From assembly GCA_951406725.2 (NCBI GenBank), contig OX597816.1, positions 1,550,001 to 1,614,000 of the forward strand: a stretch of 64,000 nucleotides of DNA. Reading direction: 5' to 3'. The DNA is from Octopus vulgaris (lineage: Eukaryota). The notes under the pieces are model-generated. The model saw only the letters and a list, made by a program, of their open reading frames with translations. It was not told the DNA's origin and searched no databases. This document shows positions 40,667-52,871 of the stretch, piece by piece. The translations under genes were made by a program, and so were the position numbers. The number at the start of each line of letters is the position of its first letter. Positions within the stretch are counted from its first letter, which is position 1.

Positions 40667-41271
40667 AATAATAATAATAATAATAATGATAATAATGATG
40701 ATAATAATGATTGGATGTAGAAGTAGAAGAAAATTGTTTTTTATCTTTTTTTTTTTTTTGGTAATCCAACAAAAGACTGCAACCAGACCCCAAAACAAAA
40801 CAAAATGGTGTAATACAAGACCAGGAAGAGTTTTCCCTCTCCCAACAATAAAAAAAAAAATAATACAATGCTGCATGCACCTCAGCAACATGCAAGTGCA
40901 GCAGGCGATGCAGTAGAAATTTGCCTAATAATAATAATAACAACAACAACTGTTGAGTTGTTTATAGAATTTTCTTTCATTGTTTTTGAAATGTCTTTTC
41001 TGCTGGGATCCTTTTTGTTTCTTCATTCTTTTTATACCTGACACTGCTTCAATTCAATGTCTCGGTTCCTCTTCTGCGCCCCATGGTTGTACTTCCTTTG
41101 CACTTTGTTCCTGTGTGTCTCCCCCACCCCCACCCCGGCTCTCCTGTCCAACTTCTCTCTCCAGCTGTCCTATTTGGTTCTCGATAACAGATTCTGCAAT
41201 TCCCTATGGAAGCAGAATCAATACCACACAAACAGAAAAGAAACAAACCTCAACAAAACGAATTTGTGTTA

Positions 41272-41469
<198 letters not shown>

Positions 41470-42061
41470 TTATAGATTATAATATAACAATTGATTTTAG
41501 AAAGTTTGAAGGATGTGGTGGTGGTGGTGGTGGGAGGGTTAGTTGATTACACCCCCCCCCCCACCACCACCACCACCACTGCTACATGATATGTACTTTA
41601 TTTTATTGACCTTGAAATGAAGGGCAATGTTGACTTTGGTTCAATTTGAACTCAGAAACCTCCCAATGAATCTGTCAGTCGATTGCTCTTAGCAGCAGCA
41701 GCAGGTGTTGCAGGGATTTGTGATATTACATAATCCAGCTGATTTGCCAAACCTGCCAATCCAACAAAGACTCTCCATTCTTTTTCAATCAAAGACATGG
41801 GGAACTCTCTCCCAGGATCCACCATCTTCTCAGATATTTTGATCAGTTGAAGAGAATCAGAGAATAATTGCAAACTTGAAAGTATGAAAACAGAAAAACT
41901 ACAGCAAATGGTGTGGTTAAGCGGCTCCCTTTGTAACCAGAGGGTTTTAGGTTCAGTCCCACTGCATGGCAGTGTGGGCAAGTGTCTTCTACCCTGGTCC
42001 TGGATTAACCAATGCCTTGTCAGTTAATTTCGTAGATAGAAACTATATACAAGCCTGTTAC

Positions 42062-42094
<33 letters not shown>

Positions 42095-42577
42095 CACACA
42101 CACATATACAAATAATTGTATCTGAACGTGGATGATGCCAGCGCCGCCTCAACTGGCCTCCGTGCTGGTGGCATGTAAAAAGCACCAACCGATCGTGGCC
42201 GTTGCCAGCCTTGCCTGGCACGTAAAAAGCACCCACTACACTCACAGAGTGGTTGGCGTTAGGAAGGGCATCCAGCTGTAGAAACTCTGGCAGATCAGAC
42301 TGGGCCTGGTGCAGCCTCCTGGCTTCCCAGACCCCAGTCGAACCGTCCAACCCATGCTAGCATGGAAAGCGGACATTAAACGATGATGAGGATGATGATA
42401 TGTATATATAGTAATGTTTCTATGCCAACAGAATGTGGCAGTCCTGTGAAGGACGATGTTACTGTTGTTTTAGCCGCAGGAAAACATCTCTTTCAGCTGG
42501 CTAATGACACACATTCTGTGTCAGGGTATAGCAATTGCAAGGGAGGTCATCGCTTCCATCTCTAGCCTTACATGATA

Positions 42578-42621
42578 CTCACAGACTGAGGTTTCTGAAT
42601 GCTATCCATCCTCAGTATGAG
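42578..42621 (-). ncRNA. Type I minimal hammerhead ribozyme motif with intact core
   Basis: Minus strand reads CUCAUA CUGAGGA UGGAU-AGC-AUUCA GAAAC-CUCA-GUC UGUGAG. Helix I 6 bp, helix II 5 bp, helix III 2 bp, GUC cleavage triplet. Confidence 0.75.
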
Positions 42622-45119
42622 ACAATCACCAGCTGGTGACCTATATATATATACATACATACATACACACACACACATGCATATGGAAAAGACAAATTGC
42701 TTGGTTCCCCTCACAACTTTCTCTCAGAGTCAAAAATCTACCAAAACAGTTCTTCAAAGTCCTTAAACTAAATTGCCCCAAAACACCATAAATACAACCC
42801 TATATTTAAAAAACATTCTATCATCATCATCGTTTAGCGTCCGTTTTCCATGCTAGCATGGGTATAAAATTCTGTTCCAAATAACTAAAAGCATAGATCA
42901 ACATAAGATACGCCATACGAGTCCAAATAATATTAATAAAACGAAAATTACAAATAGGAATGCAAAAATGTGTAATTGTGGGGCCCTGAATTATGTCTGC
43001 TGGTGGGTTTATGCCTATGCAAAAATACAATCTATAAATGTACAGTGACAAATGACAAACATGAAGCTAGGGTATACGTAGACTTCAAGAAATGATACAC
43101 AACACATGTAAATTCCTTTAATAAGTTAAAACATAAAAATTCTACGGCGTCAGCCAGGTACATACAAGACTTAGAATTATAGAACATTAATTATACATTG
43201 TCTCGGTGAATCATAGATGAGGCCCCACCATACAATACGATTACTGGCAGATGTCGAGTGTGTAATAAAGAATCATATATGATCCTTTGTGTGTTTAATT
43301 CCACTGTTTTAAATAGGTTTTCTGATGCTATTTATTCGTGCAACCATAGATACTATTCAACTTTCATGAAATGATTTAAATTTGAACCCAATTACCAACA
43401 TATCACCAATACAAATATAGATTTTAAGAAACTCCGTACACAATCTAATTTTTCTCCCATCAGCCCTCATAAGGCAAGCCAAATGAGATCGTAGTTGTGG
43501 CCGATGCCAGCGTCGCATAACTGGCCTGGGCAAAAGCACCCCTCAATCGTTGGGCAATATGCTGTGCTTGAGAAGACCTGTTGAGCCAAACGAAATCATA
43601 GTCATGGCTGATGCCACTGCTGCCTGACTGGCACCCGTGCAAGTGGCACATAAAAAGCACCATTCAAACATGGTCAATACCAGTGCCACCTAACTGGTTC
43701 CCATGCCAGTGGCACAGAGAAAGCACCCACTACACTCTCTGACTGGTTGACACTAAGAAGGGCATCCAGCTGTAGAAACCTTGCCAGATCAGATTGGAAT
43801 CTTGTGCAGCCTCCTGGTTTGACAGTCTTCAGTCAAACTGTCCAACCCATGCCAGCAGGGAAAGCAGATGTTAAACGATGATGATGGTATGTATGTATAT
43901 CATCATCATCATATACACATCTATCTGCGTTTGTCCACTTCCCACTTGACATCTGGTGTTGGTTTGTTAACTTCCTGTAACTAAGCAGTTCAGCAACATG
44001 AGACTGATAGGATAAGTACCAGGCCTTCAAAAAAATATAAACCCGGGGATTGATTTGACTAGAACCCTTAAATGTGGAGCCCCAGCATGGTTGCAGTCCA
44101 ATGATTAAGACAAGTAAAAAAAAGCTAATGAAATTGCAGACGATTTTGGTTCTTGTTTTGCATAGAATAATTCTTGAAGGGAAACATAAAAATAATCTTC
44201 ATTTCTTTTGCATTTGTAGAACTTGTTCTTTAAATTACTGAATAAAACTGGAATAAAAGCTAAATAAATATTGGTTGGGAAGTTATTCCAATGAGATTCA
44301 GTTTTGCACTAAGCTATATATCATCATCATCATCATCATCATCGTCCTCATCATCCGTTAACATCCATGTTCCATGCCAGCAAAAGAGTTGAATGATTTG
44401 ACAGGACCTGATGGGTCTGAAGACTGCATCAGGGGCCAAAATGTCTGCTTTGGCATGGTTTTTATGCCTCTCCTAAAACCAAACAGTTTACAGCATGGAT
44501 TGGGTGCTTCTTTTCATGGCACCAGCACTAGAGAAGTTGTCCTGCAGCCTGAAGGACTAAGATCTCCTTTGACTGAGGAAGGCACAGTAGAAGGGTGGGG
44601 AGGTGGACTTAAGCTGTGAGATGAGGGCCCCTATGAAAGAAGGTGCCAGAACAGAAGAGGTTTTTTGTTGTTGTTGTTGTTGTAGAAGAGCCACAGCAAG
44701 CAAGAGAGGTAGGGCCTGTCAGGGTGGAGCTGGACTGAAATGAAGTAGTTGTGATGAAGTATGTGGGTTGACCATCAAAACAGAAGGTGAGTAGAAGTGA
44801 GAGGAGAATATAAAGTGTGGGTGGGGGAGAGGGAGAGATGGACAGAGCAACGTTTCCAGAGACCCTCAAACTAAACTTCTAACTTCTCATCCAATACAAA
44901 AAGGGAGACAAAAACAGGAAATCCTTTATCTAAGATTGGTGAAATACAAATTTAATCACAAATTTCGTTTCCTGAAAGTCCATTGTAATACGTGTGGTGC
45001 TTTTGCAATGGTTGTTAAAATTAACGACCAATTTTGGTGGGATTCTTTGGTGCTACTGAAAGTATAACAACAACAACAACACACAAACAAGCAAACAAAG
45101 AAAAGCCAGTGTTACCAAC

Positions 45120-45231
45120 CTTCCTGTGGTGGTCATAGACTAATTGATGTGCAAAACGAGGAACCGGTTCCACATGCTGCATCTTATTCCAATACTGTTG
45201 CCCCGTGTTCTCATTTTTGTATATACAGGAC
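45120..45231 (-). CDS. MKLN1: Muskelin exon: (W)SCIYKNENTGQQYWNKMQHVEPVPRFAHQLVYDHHRK
   Basis: Boundaries ttcag| and AAG|gttggt; 112 nt. EPxPRFAHQLVYD motif. Confidence 0.95.
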
Positions 45232-45964
45232 CTGAAAAGGGGATAGAATACATCAGGCAGCACAACGAATCCCACTCAGTCATCACAATTCCTCTAACAT
45301 TTGACATTATTTTTACACAATATCAAAACAGACAGAATCAAGTCTCAGGTCACCATTGTTCCAAAACAGAGGTTTTTTTTTTTCTTTTTGGCTGTGGAAG
45401 CTGAACACACAAGTATAGAACTATGAAGAACTCGTAACAACATTTTATCATCATCAATTGAACATCCCCTTTTCCATGACTGCAGGGGTCAGGGTTAGGG
45501 TTGGATTTGTTGAGGCAGATTTTCCTTGGCCGAATGTCCCTCTTCTCAACAGCCATCCCCTATTCACAAGCAAATCCAGACTGGAAATGAACGAAACTAT
45601 TTTTATGAGTGCCACTCATTTTCAAATATTACACACAAAGGGCTTCTTTCAGTTTCCATCTACCAATCCACCTACAAGGCTTTAGTTGGCTCAGGGCTAC
45701 AATATACACAGTGGCATTGAACTTGAAACCACAGGGTTCAGGAAGCCAACTTGTTAACCATACAGCCATGCCTCCCCGCTAATAAACTGGTTAGAATTTT
45801 ATTATGAGGTTAACTTTCAGATTTGTGGAAATCTTTCACCACATTCTAAGCCTCTTCTATTCCAGGTGTGATTCCCAGTTGAATCAGTAATTAATTAACG
45901 TCTATAATTATAGGCAGAGACTGAGTGACTCGGCTAAACACACACACACACATCATAATATATT

Positions 45965-46452
45965 ACTCTCTTTTACTTGTTTCAGTCATTTGACTGTGGC
46001 CATGCTGGAGCACCACCTTTAGTCGAGCAAATCGACCCTAGGACTTATTCTTTGTAAGCCCAGTACTTATCCTATCAGTTTCTTTTGCTGAACCGCTAAG
46101 TTACAGGGATGTAAACACACCACCATCGGTTGTCAAGCAATGCTGGAGGGGGGGGGGGCAAACACAGACACACATCATCATCATCGTTTAACGTCCGTTT
46201 TCCATGCTAGCATGGGTTGGACGGTTCAACTGGGGTCTGGGAAGCCCGAAGGCTGCGCCAGGCCCAGTCTGATACATATATATATATATACGACGGGCTT
46301 CTTTCAGTTTCCATCTACTAAATCCATTGACAAGGCTTTGGTCAGCCTGAGGCTATTAGAAGACACTTGCCCAAGGTGACACGCAGTGGGAATGAGCCCA
46401 GAACCATGTGGTTGGTAAGCAAGCTACTTACCACACAGCCACTCTTGCACCT
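45965..46452 (-). mobile_element. SINE family A copy with an RTE 3' tail (46175-46271) nested in its internal microsatellite
   Basis: Reverse complement of 3761-4172, with an insert starting catcatcatcgtttaacgtccg. Confidence 0.8.
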
Positions 46453-47198
46453 ATTGTAAGTATTTGTATTAAAGAATTGAAATAATAAAACAGATAAAAG
46501 TTCAAAACCCCAAAGATATGGAGATTATTTCAAAACTGATTTTAGTGAGTTTTAATACAATTTAACATTGAACCGTGAATGTAAATAACCGACTCTTGAT
46601 TCAAACAAATAATATAACAACAGCACTTCATAACAACATTCAAAACTTTACAATAAAAAATTTGATTCCATAAAACGAATTTAAAAATTCATTCTCAATA
46701 TATTCCAGTAAATTCAAACATGAACGTCTGATTGATGTCGGCTTTTTGTCAACTGAGAACATCTCTTTCCTTTAGATGATGTGTACTCACAGCACATGTA
46801 ATTCACCACTGAAATGGGACTTTGAGACGACCATGCTGTTTCAACCTCATTGTATGTCTCTTCAGTCAAAGCTATCCTCCCTGGCAGAGGGTTCGAACAC
46901 AAAAGCATAGACATTATTTGCTGATCCCTGCCAAACGGAGAATCATTCATGGGGTACACACAGAACATCCTGGCAAATTCAAACAGGAATATCTGATTCA
47001 TGTTGTTTTCTATCATTAGAACATCTCTCGTTTGATGATATTCGTCCATAACACACACAATTCTTTGATGTAAGGGCAATTTGAAATATTAATGTCTTGA
47101 CTTTGTTGCATGTCTCCTCACTCAGGGCCACCCTCCCCCTCACACACACACACACACCAATCAATTATTGATTTAAAAGACTGAATAACAATAATTAC

Positions 47199-47275
47199 CA
47201 TCGGTTCTTGTCGATGTCATAGACCCAAAAAGAATTCTTGACATTGTCTCTTTTATCTTTGTCTTTACTTAAACC
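47199..47275 (-). CDS. MKLN1: Muskelin exon: GLSKDKDKRDNVKNSFWVYDIDKNR(W)
   Basis: Boundaries tccag| and ATG|gtaatt; 77 nt. Confidence 0.95.
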
Positions 47276-47506
47276 CTGGAAAAAATAACAGAAATGAAAA
47301 AAGATATCAAGAATTTCCCTGTGTATAAAAAGGTGGTCGTAATAAAAGAACGGAAAAAAAAAAAATAACTGCCAGGTAACCGAACACATAAGAAGCCAAA
47401 CAATGATGTCTGTTGAGGCTGAGGAAGAGAAACCACAGACATATTGACATGCAACAAAGACTGGTGGCAAGGACTGTTTTATAGATTTAAGAGATGAGCA
47501 ATTATT

Positions 47507-47938
47507 TACATTGTTTACATTTGACGGGTATTTGTCCTCATCTTGTTTGTTGTTAATGTTTCGGCTGAATATACCCTCCAACCTTCTTCAGGTGTGTTGG
47601 GGAAATCTCAAACCTGGGTTCCTAAGGTATTTTTTCAAAGTTGTTATTATTATTACTATTCAGGTCACTGCCTGGAATTGAAATTGGAATCTTGGGGTTA
47701 GTAGCCCGTGCTCTTAACCATGCTACCAACTCCAAGATTCCGAGTTCAATTCCAGGTAGTGACCTGAATAATAGTAATAATAATAATAATAATAACATTG
47801 AAAAATACCTTAGGAATGAGAACTGAGGTTGGAAATTCCCCCAAGACACCTGAAGGAGGCTGGAGGGTACATCAGCTGAAATGTTGTGTTAACAACAAAC
47901 AAGATGAGGACAAATATCCGTCAAATGTAAATAATGTA
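47507..47938. mobile_element. 432-bp palindromic element: tRNA-like head, (TAA)n and hammerhead-like tail, duplicated in inverted orientation
   Basis: Arms 47507-47705 and 47722-47938 are reverse complements with scattered mismatches and indels; 16-nt loop. Confidence 0.85.
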
Positions 47939-48028
47939 CTCTTTTATATATTGAAATATTAGCATCAAGCAGTGTTTAGGCATCAGCAAAGTTTAGGCGA
48001 GTCGAAATATGCTTGCATCATATCTCAA

Positions 48029-48061
<33 letters not shown>

Positions 48062-48064
<3 letters not shown>

Positions 48065-48460
48065 GGGTGTCCCTCTTTGACTTCCCAGTACTCATGCATT
48101 TTGTGTTCAAGTAGATGTTTATTGATATACATACAATCCTGAAAAAGTTAAATTAAATTCAGAAAAATAAATTGTTGTAGAAACGATTATTTATTGTCCT
48201 TTAGAATTATTTAATGTTCTCTCTCATTCCTGCGTGTTCGCAAATGTTCAAACTGCCTTCCTTCTTTCTCCAAACAAAGCTGATAACGTCCAGCAATGGA
48301 TTCGACAACATTGCCAAACATTTCATTTGGAATTGCAAGACATTGGATTTGAATTTCAGTTTTCAAATCATCAATTGCCACTGGTTGTGCAGCGTAAACC
48401 TTATCCTTGAGATGTCCCCATAAAAAAAGAATCCATTGGCGTGAGGTCTGGGGAACGTGC
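48062..48460 (-). mobile_element. Tc1/mariner-superfamily transposase C-terminal fragment with one TIR
   Basis: ARSPDLTPMD (frameshift) FLWGHLKDKVY...DDLKTEI...RYQLCLEKEGRQFEHL. End cagggtgtcc adjoins a (TA)n run. Confidence 0.85.
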
Positions 48461-50592
48461 AACAATACATTAGTAAACAATATATTAGTAATAATAAACA
48501 ATACATTAGTAATCGTCTGTCAAAGAGTGAGTTTGTCTTTTTGTTGCAGGTGATAGCTAACCGTATCGATTAGTATTTAATGTCTCTGACTACCATTAGA
48601 TGTCACTGATGCTGTAAATTTTTCTGATGGGAAATTCCGTGTTCGCTTCCCTGGATGGCAATAGAATCTGGGAACTTGTTCATCCTCAACATTTATTTCC
48701 TCTCATTTTAGAATTTCATATTTCTATGGTTGCTGCAACCTACACGTGTTTCCACTTCACAACCATAACAATATGCTGCATGAAATTAGAAAATAAAAAG
48801 AAAGAAATCTTGAGGATGAACAAGTCTTCATATTCTATATTGTGATAATTATATACATACATATATTGCTGTTAGGGACACTGTAGTTCATTTAGCAAAT
48901 GAACGAATCTACTCCCAAGTATATTAAAGGCTTCTAAGTCAACATGGTGTCGCATCTGTGTGGGTGATGCTATTTAGTCACTTTCGGAAGTTACCTCCAC
49001 AGATAAATCCAGTTGTCTTACGACACCACATTTGGTGGTTCTTTAAGCAATGAGTTCATCGATGGTTAATGTGGTGCTGAGGAAAGAGCAAGAACTCCTG
49101 AAATGTGTATATACATCCATTTCCTATCTTTGACTGCATTGTTTACGTAGGCATACTCGTATACGAAACGTCGTAACTTTCAGTGTTGGCTCTAGTTTCG
49201 GTGGGAAATCAGTCGAGAGAACTTTATGTATCAAATGTGTAGAATAACAAAAGTCAAACTAAGCCAATTCAGTTTAAAGTTAATTCTATTAATCCCTTTG
49301 GTTACTGGATTTCTGTTGAAATACTCTGTTTGTTCCAATTAATTTTGAAACTAAGAATCAAAATAAATGTCCTTATTAAGTTGGTGTTTGGAACAAAGAT
49401 TAACAAGAAATTTTGATGGAAAGTTTTAATTTAGTTGACAGGAAATTTGCATCAGAGAACCAGGAGTGGTCTTCTGAAGGTTGGTATCAAGAAAAGCTAA
49501 TTCCAAAAGTATGCATATACATACATATATAAATTGGCAGATAACAAGCCTGAAGCAATTATTACAAGTTTCATGCTCAATTTGTTGTCATGTTTATTTT
49601 GTGCTTTGATGTCAGGAAGCAAAATAAATGATTGTTTCACATTTTGGCACAAGGCCAGAAATATCAAGAGTAAACCCAATAGTCAACTGGTGCTTGTTTT
49701 ATCAACTGTGAAAGGAGGAAAGGCAAAGTCGACCTCAGCGGAATTTGAACTTAGAACCTAAAGATTGATGCAATGCCACTAAGCATCTGGGCTTGGTGTG
49801 CTGACAATTCTGCCAGCTCTCTGGATGATTTATTGACGGGTGACAGTGCTCGGATACTGTGACTTTCTTTGAAGCACACACATGCACACAATAGGCTTCT
49901 TTGCAGTTTCTGTCCACCAAATCCACTCACAAGGTTTTGGTCAATCCAGGACTGTAGTAGAAGATATCAGACACTGGGACTGAACCCACAACCATGTTTT
50001 TGGGAATCAAACTTCTTCATACTCCCCAACCACTTCAACCATACCTGAGTCTTTGGAAACCAAAGATCATCTCACTTGATCTCTTGTTTAAAAACAATAC
50101 AAAAAGAAAAAAAAGAAATAATGATCTCATTTAAACATTAAACTTAATTCTAAACCAACAGAACAGGTATGGAACAGGTAAGACTGAGTTTTGCTAAATG
50201 CTGTCTCATTGGCCCAGGTGTGACTGTGTGGTTGAGAAGTTTGCTGCCCAACCACAGGGTTTTGGGTTCAGTCCCATTGCATGGCACACTGTGAGCAAAT
50301 GTCTTCTAATATAGCCCTGGGCTAACCAAAGCATTGTGAGTAGATCTGGTCAATGGAAACCGAAAGAAACCTATTGTGTGTGTGCGTGTGTGTGTGATGA
50401 CATTGTGTAAATGTTGTAAATAAATGTCATTAATTTCCAATGCTCTGCAAAAACATGTCTGGCCATGGAGGAATATAATCATGCTTGAAAACAGGTGAGG
50501 GTTAGTGACAGGGAAGGCCACCACCTGTAGAAAATCTAGCTCAATAAATTTTGTTTGACTCATGCAAGCATGGAAACGTGGACGTTACTTAC

Positions 50593-50660
50593 TGATAAAA
50601 CATGAATTTCATTTAAGCCTGGATCAATAGTGGCTCTCTGTGTGAATCCAGCAGCTGGGA
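50593..50660 (-). CDS. MKLN1: Muskelin exon: (I)PAAGFTQRATIDPGLNEIHVLS
   Basis: Boundaries tacag| and TCA|gtaagt; 68 nt. Confidence 0.96.
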
Positions 50661-51919
50661 CTGTAAGGTTAAAAAAAAAAAAAGAATTAGACATTCTCAT
50701 TTATTCTTCATGAGAACATTAAATTTCTAATGGTCATGCATGAGAATCGGTCCCTTTTGTAAGGTTTCATAAATTTCTGCCCCAATTTATTGTATGAAAT
50801 CTAATCTCTTCATGTTCCCTTGTCTGTTTATGTTCCAAGTTTTACCAAACCACAGAACCTTTTAACGACATCACCAAACAGAGTACAAGTTTACTTTAAT
50901 CATTGAATGTCAGTGAATATAGAAGAGTGTTTGGCCTTGACACTGAGGAGAATGTATAAACACTATTTATGAACAACTAGAGTGAGTCTTTAGGACACGA
51001 CAGAGAAGTCAGGTAGGTATTGCGGATGAAATCTTTGTGAAATGTGCACACAAAACTAATCTGTGAGAGAAAACAAAAGACAAATCCATGCCAAATGTGC
51101 TCCCCTTATATAAGATCCAGTATCTATGGACTGTAAAAGTTTGTTTTCCATGCTGGCATGGATTGGGCAGTTTGACAGGATCTGACAAGCCATAGGACTG
51201 TGTTGAGTTCCAAAGTTTCATTTAACATGGTTTCTATGGCTGGACGTCCTTCCTAACACCAACCACTTTACAGAGTGGACAGGTGCTTTTTTTCATTGGA
51301 ACAAATGAGGTTAGCAAGTAATTTGCAAGAAAAGAAAAAAGAAAAGAAAAAGACCCCTTGTCTGAGGATGGGGCAGGGGTTTCATATTAGGTGTGATAGA
51401 GGGATGAGCAGAGGTGATTTGCTATTGAGGATCTCGATGGCTATCCTTGCATTGTACTGGGAGGACAGGAGAGAGTCAAACATGGTCAGGGTGCCAGGGT
51501 ACACTCACAAGGTACAAAACGGTGAATATAAGACCAATTGTCCGAGGATTCAAAACAATGACCCCAAAACAAACAAAAGACAATATAATCCCTTAACTCC
51601 TTCCCCACTAACGTTTTTTTTTGGAGAAAATGCTTCATTTTCAGACAAATTTTCTTTATCAGATGAGCTTGCACTTTCATCTGATGTATTCCGAGCTTCT
51701 AATAGACGGTTCATACTCATTGTCATCTGGGTGTAATTCATAAAAAATAAAAAAAAAAAAAAAAACAGATAAAAACTGAGAAATGCCAAGAATTGATGTA
51801 CAAACTCGTCTGTGGCTGTTTTTGAAATTACATGTTTTGGATGAGTTTACTGGTTGCACTCTGAAAAAGACAAATTGGGTGAAGACAAGTGAACTCATCT
51901 TGGCTGGGTGAGGGGTTTA

Positions 51920-52258
<339 letters not shown>

Positions 52259-52521
52259 TCAACAGCTGGATGCCCTTCCTAATGCCAACCACTCTGAGAG
52301 TGTACTGGGTACTTTTTATGTGGTACCAGCACAAGTGCTTTTAACCAGCACCCGTGGGGTCACCAGACAGCTGAGAGTGGGGGGGTGGAACCAAAAGAAG
52401 TGGCCATCTACCAGATGAGAGATTGATGTATGATAGATAGGGATAGCTGTCTTACTAGAGAAGATATACTTGGCTACCCCAGTAGGGCAAGGAAGGGGAA
52501 CAGACAGAAAGATAAACATTC

Positions 52522-52552
<31 letters not shown>

Positions 52553-52642
52553 GCCTACCTACAGGGAACAGAGAGGGAGAGAGAGAAGGCCTGCCCACAG
52601 GGAACAGTGATGGTGGGCGGGGGGACATTGAAAACAATTTTC

Positions 52643-52871
52643 TTAATCCTTTAGCATTTAAACCGGCCATACCCGGCCAAAAGTATTCTGCCTGTTTTAT
52701 GTTCAAACTGACCCGATCTGGTCTCTCACACCAACCCTACAATATCGTTTTAAAAATTAACAGCTACCTCATCAAAATCTCATAGCTACAAGATAATGCA
52801 TGATTAGTTCAAAACAAAGTGGATAAAAAAGCATTAATTTTGGCAGAATAATGCGAACACTAAAGGGTTAA
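52643..52871 (+). mobile_element. TTAA-flanked (piggyBac-type) MITE, about 230 bp
   Basis: TTAA-tcctttagcatt...aacactaaaggg-TTAA. Related copies at 19093-19250 (partial) and 56103-56325 (inverted). Confidence 0.75.
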
